Source: Oligoflexus sp.
GTDB lineage: Bacteria > Bdellovibrionota_B > Oligoflexia > Oligoflexales > Oligoflexaceae
DNA: 13,873 nucleotides
Reading direction: 5' to 3'
NCBI GenBank assembly: GCA_041736305.1
Contig: JBGSTX010000340.1
Coordinates: forward strand, 1-13,873
Shown one piece after another: positions 7,988-13,873 of this stretch. A program made the position numbers and the translations under genes. Each line of letters opens with the position of its first letter. Position 1 is the stretch's first letter. The notes below the pieces were generated by a model. It was given only the letters and a program-made list of their open reading frames with translations, was not told the DNA's origin and made no database searches.

Positions 7988-9823
7988 ATGAACGCGTCTG
8001 CGTCTGCCTCCGCCTCTGCTGCTCAAGATGCTAATGTGAAGCTTCACAAAATTCGTCATTCACTGGCCCATGTTCTGGCCCAAGCGGTACAGTTGAAATA
8101 TCCTGACGTGCAGATGGGCTTCGGGCCGCCGACTGAGCATGGTTTTTACTATGACTTCGATTTCGGTGTGAAAGCTATAGCCGAGTCCGACCTTAAAGAT
8201 ATTGAAAAGCAGATGCGCAAAATCATCGGTGCCGCGCAGTCCTTTGAATATTTTGAATTCGATTATGAGGGAGCCATCAAGTTCCTCGAAGGGCACGGCG
8301 TTGCTCCTTATAAGCTGCAAAATTTGCAGAATCTACGCGAACGAGGCGAGACCAAGTTCACGTTTTACAAGACCGGTCCCTTCTTGGATGTCTGCGAAGG
8401 TCCTCATGTGAACAGCACTCAGCAGCTGCCTGCCGATGCGTTCAAGCTCGATCGGATCGCTGGTGCCTATTGGCTTGGCGATGAAAAGAACAAGATGCTG
8501 ACGCGCATCTACGGCCTTGCGTTTGAGAATCGCCAGCAGCTCGACGACTTCCTCAAACGCCGGCAGATGGCCGAGGAGTTTGACCATAAAAAACTCGGCA
8601 AAGACCTCGATATTTATCATTATGAGGATATTGTCGGCAAAGGTTTGCCGCTCTGGCTGCCCAACGGCACGGTTATCCGTGATGAGATTCAGCGCTATGC
8701 CATGGAGATGGAATTCAAGTATGGCTACAAGCGCGTAGCTACTCCCAATATAGCGAAGGGCGATCTCTACCTGCGCTCGCAGCACTTGCCAGCTTATCGC
8801 GAGTCCATGTTTCCGCCGATGGTGATCGAAGAAGAAGAAAAGAAGACAGAATACTATCTCAAGCCGATGAACTGTCCGCATCATCACTTGATCTACGCTG
8901 CTCGCCGGCGCAGCTATCGCGATCTGCCTCTGCGCCTGGCAGAATACGGGACCTGCTACCGCTACGAGCAGTCGGGCGAAATTTCTGGTCTGATCCGCGT
9001 GCGCTGCATGACGATGAACGATGCGCATATTTACCTGCGCGAGAGCCAGTTCACCGAAGAGTTCAGCAAGCTCCTTAAAATGTACCAGGAGTTCTATGCG
9101 ACCTTCCAACTCAGCGAATACCGCTTCCGGCTCTCCCTGCGCGGGGAGGGGAGTGAGAAATTCCGCGGCGAAGGCGAGATGTGGGACAAGGCGGAGCAGC
9201 TGCTCGAAAAGGCCTTGCAAGATGCTGGCGTCCCTTTTTATCGAGGGGAAGGTGAAGCAGCCTTTTACGGCCCAAAGATCGACATTCAGTTTAGAAACCT
9301 CATGGGTCGAGAAGAGACTGTTTCGACCATCCAGGTCGACTTTCTCAGTCCGGCCAATTTCGATCTCGCCTATGTCGACGAGCAAGGCCAGGATCAAAAG
9401 CCTATCATCATCCACCGCTCGCCGCTCTCGACTCACGAACGCTTTATCAGCTATCTGATCGAATACTACGGCGGGGCTTTTCCCGTCTGGTGCGCTCCCG
9501 TTCAGGTGGTTTTGATTCCCGTCAACGATGCGTGTGCAGCCTACTGCCACGAGTTTCAGGCCGAGCTCCATAGCCAGATGATTCGCGCTGAAGTCGATGA
9601 GTCGGATCACAGCTTCAACAAGAAAATTCGCAGTCATACGATGCGGAAGGTTCCGCTGCTGCTGATCGTAGGGCAAAAGGAACTTGAAGAGCGTAAAGTC
9701 ACTGTCCGCCGCTACGGGATTCAGGAGCAAAAGACGATGGATAAAGCGGAATTTGCGACTGAACTGCTCAGCGAGGCCAAGCAGCGTTTGATGTTCAGAA
9801 AACCGATGGGTGCTTTGATTTAA
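7988..9823 (+). CDS. thrS: Threonine--tRNA ligase, short form lacking the TGS domain
   Basis: Editing motifs RHSLAH, GFYYDF, DVCEGPHV, GAYWLGD; DHKKLG; zinc-site motifs KPMNCP, NDAHI, IIHRS; GEAAFYGPKID; C-terminal anticodon-binding domain. ATG 7988 preferred over TTG 7985. Confidence 0.97.
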   Translation: MNASASASASAAQDANVKLHKIRHSLAHVLAQAVQLKYPDVQMGFGPPTEHGFYYDFDFGVKAIAESDLKDIEKQMRKIIGAAQSFEYFEFDYEGAIKFLEGHGVAPYKLQNLQNLRERGETKFTFYKTGPFLDVCEGPHVNSTQQLPADAFKLDRIAGAYWLGDEKNKMLTRIYGLAFENRQQLDDFLKRRQMAEEFDHKKLGKDLDIYHYEDIVGKGLPLWLPNGTVIRDEIQRYAMEMEFKYGYKRVATPNIAKGDLYLRSQHLPAYRESMFPPMVIEEEEKKTEYYLKPMNCPHHHLIYAARRRSYRDLPLRLAEYGTCYRYEQSGEISGLIRVRCMTMNDAHIYLRESQFTEEFSKLLKMYQEFYATFQLSEYRFRLSLRGEGSEKFRGEGEMWDKAEQLLEKALQDAGVPFYRGEGEAAFYGPKIDIQFRNLMGREETVSTIQVDFLSPANFDLAYVDEQGQDQKPIIIHRSPLSTHERFISYLIEYYGGAFPVWCAPVQVVLIPVNDACAAYCHEFQAELHSQMIRAEVDESDHSFNKKIRSHTMRKVPLLLIVGQKELEERKVTVRRYGIQEQKTMDKAEFATELLSEAKQRLMFRKPMGALI

Positions 9824-9870
9824 CAAGTCCCGACGCCCAAAGGTGTCACGGTCTGAAGGGGTTCTGAACT

Positions 9871-10281
9871 ATGGTTCGTATGTCGCCTGAACTCGCTAAA
9901 ACGTTTATCGGCGTGCAGCCAGACGGCTGCCTCTCGCGCTGCCCAGAAACGCCTAACTGCGTATGTAGCCAGCATCCCGATGACGCCTCGCACTATATGG
10001 AGGCTTTCTCCTTCAAGGGTAGTCTAGCGGACGCTCAAAACCGCATTCGAGCCCTCATTCGCAGTATACCGAAGGCAGTGATCGTCGATGAGAGAGGGCC
10101 TTATATCCACGCGACTTTCACTTCGGGCTTTTTCAAGTTCGTCGACGATGTTGAGTTTTTGATCAAGCCCGAAGAGTCCCGGATCCATTTTCGCTCAGCC
10201 TCGCGGCTGGGGCGTTCGGATCTGGGGGCGAATAAGCGGCGGATGCAGAAGCTAAAGGAGCATTTTGATCGCATGGGTTGA
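9871..10281 (+). CDS. DUF1499 family protein
   Basis: CPETPNCVCSQ, FKFVDDVEF and HFRSASRLGRSDLGANKRR are characteristic of DUF1499. Confidence 0.88.
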   Translation: MVRMSPELAKTFIGVQPDGCLSRCPETPNCVCSQHPDDASHYMEAFSFKGSLADAQNRIRALIRSIPKAVIVDERGPYIHATFTSGFFKFVDDVEFLIKPEESRIHFRSASRLGRSDLGANKRRMQKLKEHFDRMG

Positions 10282-10292
10282 TGCGAGTCCGG

Positions 10293-11630
10293 CTAGCTTT
10301 TACATAAGCTGGCCAGCTCACGCCGATACTTGACGATGTCTATGTTCTGCCGCGCGACTCCTGATGCAATAGCTGCTGCAGCGACTGCCGACGAAACTTC
10401 GACTAGAGCGCGTGGATCATTGGGTTTAGGGATGATATAGCGCCGTCCAAAACTGAGAATGCCTTCTTTTTCATAGACTTTCTGGACCTCCGGCAGAACT
10501 TTCTCCTTAGCCAGTGCAGCGATAGCCACCGCTGCCGCCTTCTTCATTTCTTCATTAATAGTCCGCGCCTGCACATCCAGAGCTCCCCGAAAAATGTAGG
10601 GAAAGCCGAGTACGTTATTAACCTGATTAGGGAAGTCGCTGCGCCCGGTAGCAATAATAACATCGGGGCGAACGCTCAAGGCCAGGTGCGGTGTGATTTC
10701 TGGATCGGGATTGGCGAGGGCGAAGACGATAGGATCGCGAGCCATCGAACGCAGCATGCCGCTACTCATCAGACCGGCAGCGGATACACCGACGAAAACG
10801 TCACTACCCTTCAGTGCCTCTTCGAGCGAACGCAAAGATGTCTGCCGGGCAAAGCGCCGCTTGAATACGTTGAGGTCGGGTCGCTCGCTCTGAATGACTC
10901 CCTTGCTATCGCACATGAGCAGATTCTCAGGGTTCACGCCAGCGGTCAAAAACATCTGGGCACAGGCTATTGCGGCTGCGCCGCCGCCGGAAAATACAAG
11001 TTTAATATCCTCGATTTTCTTTTTAACCAGCTCGAGTGAGTTCAACAGCCCAGCCGTAGCAATAATCGCTGTGCCGTGCTGATCGTCATGAAAGACTGGT
11101 ATCCCCATCTTGGCCTTTAAAGCCTCTTCGATGTGAAAGCACTCAGGAGCTTTGATGTCTTCGAGATTGATTCCACCAAAGGTGGGCTCTAAAGCTGCAA
11201 CCATGCGGATGAAGGCTTCCGTATTGTCTTCGTCGATCTCGAGGTCGAAGGAATCGATGCCGGCGAATTTCTTGAACAGCATCGCCTTGCCTTCCATCAC
11301 GGGTTTCGCGGCATAGGCTCCAATGGAACCCAGACCGAGTACAGCTGTCCCGTTTGAGATTACGGCTACGAGATTTCCACGACCTGTGTAGCGAAACGAG
11401 AGGTCACGATTACCTTCAATCAGGCGACAGGGTCCAGCTACACCCGGTGAATAGGCCATGGCCAAATCCTCGCGCGTGTCGAGGGGCTTCTTGAGATAAG
11501 TCCCAATTTTGCCGCGAGCTTCTCGCTCATGATAAGCAAGAGCGAGATGTTCGTAGTCGATAAGCACGGGGGCTTCTACTGCCTGGGACTTGGGGGACAA
11601 CCTAATCTCTTGAGTCTCCATATTTTTCAT
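10293..11630 (-). CDS. NAD(P)-dependent malic enzyme (MaeB-like catalytic part only, no PTA domain)
   Basis: [73 protein letters not shown]. Start placed at ATG 11630 after a GGGAG SD (445 aa). Confidence 0.93.
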   Translation of the reverse strand: MKNMETQEIRLSPKSQAVEAPVLIDYEHLALAYHEREARGKIGTYLKKPLDTREDLAMAYSPGVAGPCRLIEGNRDLSFRYTGRGNLVAVISNGTAVLGLGSIGAYAAKPVMEGKAMLFKKFAGIDSFDLEIDEDNTEAFIRMVAALEPTFGGINLEDIKAPECFHIEEALKAKMGIPVFHDDQHGTAIIATAGLLNSLELVKKKIEDIKLVFSGGGAAAIACAQMFLTAGVNPENLLMCDSKGVIQSERPDLNVFKRRFARQTSLRSLEEALKGSDVFVGVSAAGLMSSGMLRSMARDPIVFALANPDPEITPHLALSVRPDVIIATGRSDFPNQVNNVLGFPYIFRGALDVQARTINEEMKKAAAVAIAALAKEKVLPEVQKVYEKEGILSFGRRYIIPKPNDPRALVEVSSAVAAAAIASGVARQNIDIVKYRRELASLCKS

Positions 11631-11915
11631 CGCAATTTCTCCCTGCTGGGTCTGAGGACGTTTCAGCGCCGGTCGAGCTAAGCTTAATATTCGTAGGCTA
11701 ACATGTGTAACCTGAAGCTCGAGGTATATCTTAAAGAGTAACAAAGGCGAAGATTAATTCCAATACAGCGAATCGAAAGCCTCATTTTTCGCTCAAAGAT
11801 CGTAGCTTTTTCGTTTATTTGGGCTTTTTTGGCAGACAATCCGCATCCCCTTTCATTGCGAAGAAAGCCCCGTAGCGGTAGACTGTAGCGACGTTTAGAG
11901 TCAGGAGGGTCTGTG

Positions 11916-13061
11916 ATGCTTGAAGCTCGTTATGCACGACAGATGATACTCAAGGAAATAGGACAGACAGGCCAAGAAAAGTTGGCTCAGAGCCGCGTAC
12001 TCATCGTGGGTCTCGGAGGACTGGGATCTCCCGCGGCTCTTTATCTCGCAGCGGCGGGCGTCGGTACTTTAGGTCTGCTTGACGATGATCGAGTTGATAT
12101 CACGAATCTACAGCGTCAGGTGTTGTATACCACAGCCGATCAAGGTCATAGCAAAGTTGAGAAAGCCGCACTGCGCCTGCAGGAGCTGAATCCCAATCTA
12201 CGCATCAATATTCATTACGAGCGGCTACACGCCGCCAATGCCATCGTGCTGATTCAAGACTACGATATTATTATCGATGGAACGGATAACTTCGCCAGTA
12301 AGTTTCTCCTCAACGACGTCGCTGTCAAACTTAGAAAGCCTCTCGTCTATGGCTCGATTCTCCGCTGGGAAGGTCAGCTCGCCGTCTTCTGGGCTCCCTA
12401 CGGACCCTGCTATCGCTGCCTCTTCCCGGCGCCGCCCGAACGTCCAGTCGCCAACTGCGCCGAAGCCGGAGTTGTAGGAGCACTGGCGGGTACGGTAGGC
12501 AGTCTGCAGGCCCTTGAAGCTATCAAGCTTATCGTGGCTGGTGCTCCTCCTTATGAAAAGCTGAGCCCCATGCTTGGCCATCTCTGGCTCATCCGCTCGG
12601 CGACGATGGAAACGCAGAGACTCCGCATTCAGCGCAATCCTGCCTGTCCCGTCTGCAGTAAAGCTGCTGATTCTATTTCTATCACCGACCTTCACCACGG
12701 TGAGCAAGCTTGTGGGACTTTACTGAAGAATGCTGCTGCTGCAGGTTTCGAAGAATATGCGGCGGCTGAGCTGCTCGAGAAGAACCGTTGGCAGGATTTT
12801 CAGTGGATAGATGTGCGTGAGATTGAAGAATGGAACGCAGGACACATCCCTGGTGCTAAGCACTGGCCCCTCTCGCAGCTGATGAGTGGGCATATGCCAC
12901 CCGAACTTGAGAGCGAGACTCTGCTCCTCTACTGTCAAGGCGGAAGACGTTCGGCTATGGCGGGTGAGCTGCTGCTCGGTCGTGGTTTCACGCTCAAGGG
13001 GCACATGAAGGATGGCTTTAAAGCTTGGCACGGACCTATCGAAAGGCCGCAGCTCTCTTAG
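11916..13061 (+). CDS. moeB: ThiF/MoeB-family adenylyltransferase fused to a rhodanese domain (MoeZ/MoeBR type)
   Basis: RYARQ, GLGGLG, TNLQRQ, DGTDNF, zinc motifs CYRC and CPVC, NCAEAG; C-terminal rhodanese DVRE..EW..GHIPGA with active loop CQGGRRS; SD AGGAGG at 11903-11908. Confidence 0.92.
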   Translation: MLEARYARQMILKEIGQTGQEKLAQSRVLIVGLGGLGSPAALYLAAAGVGTLGLLDDDRVDITNLQRQVLYTTADQGHSKVEKAALRLQELNPNLRINIHYERLHAANAIVLIQDYDIIIDGTDNFASKFLLNDVAVKLRKPLVYGSILRWEGQLAVFWAPYGPCYRCLFPAPPERPVANCAEAGVVGALAGTVGSLQALEAIKLIVAGAPPYEKLSPMLGHLWLIRSATMETQRLRIQRNPACPVCSKAADSISITDLHHGEQACGTLLKNAAAAGFEEYAAAELLEKNRWQDFQWIDVREIEEWNAGHIPGAKHWPLSQLMSGHMPPELESETLLLYCQGGRRSAMAGELLLGRGFTLKGHMKDGFKAWHGPIERPQLS

Positions 13062-13831
13062 AGTTCGCTCGAATAAATCGGCTGATCAGGATGCGACTTT
13101 GCTTGGGGAACACTGATCGGTTTCAGCCAAGGGCTACTGAGCCAGCCGAGGAAAAAGCCTAATGCCAGACCAATGGCATGGGTGCGGTAGCTGACCTGCG
13201 GCTCGATCTGACTGGGAGCTAGGACGACGAGAATAAAGGCTAGCGTCCGCATGCTCCTCTGTATCCAACTCAAATAGTCGGCATACTTCCAGAAAAGCAG
13301 CAGCCAGAGAGCCGCCATAAGATAAACCATGCCTGAAGCACCGATCAACTTCACCTGTGGGTCATAGGTGCCTAGCGCTAAAGCCGTGGTGAGAATTCCA
13401 CCGAGCAAGCTTAGCGTCGGGAAGGCCCAGGTGCCGAAGTACTGACGAAGAAAGAGACCAAAGACCAGGAAGAGACCGCTGTTAGCTAGGAGATGGGCGA
13501 GGTCTGCGTGCACAAAGAGAGTCGTGAGGAGTCGCCAGTATTCTCCCTTCCCGAAAACATCAGCAGCTCGTGCTGACCAGAGTTCATAACCTGGATATTG
13601 ACCCCAGACCCACATACTGAAGAAGGCGGAGATAAGTAAAAGTGCGAGGGCAGGATAAGCACTTTTGAACTCAAGCTTTTGGCCTAGTGGATGGGAGCTG
13701 ATGTCGAAGCGGTGGATAATATCTTCCGGGGTCTCGCCTCCTGGCATGAAGCTCTGTCGATCGAGAGACCATTGGGCTATGGGCGCAGGGGCGGACGTGC
13801 TAGTAGATTCTTCTCGATCAGCTAAGTTCAT
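13058..13831 (-). CDS. Rhomboid-family intramembrane serine protease
   Basis: YWRLLT, HADLAHLLAN, catalytic GASG and SYRTHAIG, multiple TM segments. ATG 13831 preferred (GGAGG 7 nt upstream); stop overlaps the moeB stop. Confidence 0.92.
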   Translation of the reverse strand: MNLADREESTSTSAPAPIAQWSLDRQSFMPGGETPEDIIHRFDISSHPLGQKLEFKSAYPALALLLISAFFSMWVWGQYPGYELWSARAADVFGKGEYWRLLTTLFVHADLAHLLANSGLFLVFGLFLRQYFGTWAFPTLSLLGGILTTALALGTYDPQVKLIGASGMVYLMAALWLLLFWKYADYLSWIQRSMRTLAFILVVLAPSQIEPQVSYRTHAIGLALGFFLGWLSSPWLKPISVPQAKSHPDQPIYSSEL

Positions 13832-13873
13832 GGCATGGCCTCCAGGCATTACCTTACTAAAATAAAGCGCTTC

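Noticed and set aside
8333-9826. 497-aa ORF antisense to thrS
   Set aside because: Codon-register mirror of thrS with no motifs; a typical antisense shadow ORF.
11631-11744. Extended N-terminus of the malic enzyme in the ORF track
   Set aside because: TTG start without an SD; ATG 11630 has a GGGAG SD at a normal distance.

Overview
Bacterial chromosomal window, mostly housekeeping genes: a branched-chain amino acid operon (ilvE-leuC-leuD-leuB), a small convergent membrane-protein ORF, a putative lipoprotein, a PAS-containing hybrid sensor kinase with a small PAS-like ORF upstream, a short-form threonyl-tRNA synthetase, a DUF1499 protein, a malic enzyme with no PTA domain, a MoeB/MoeZ-type adenylyltransferase-rhodanese and a rhomboid protease. 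The most notable feature is non-coding. Bases 1-341 look like a HEARO/omegaRNA scaffold (IscB guide-RNA scaffold, truncated at the window edge) with no iscB ORF. A run of small hairpins and an IS200/IS605-type end hairpin follow it, and the element ends at the ATGAA that is also the ilvE start codon. It is best read as a non-autonomous OMEGA mini-element inserted at the start codon of the operon. A possible tRNA-Thr anticodon-mimic operator lies upstream of thrS. All family assignments come from motif recognition by eye; no searches were run.
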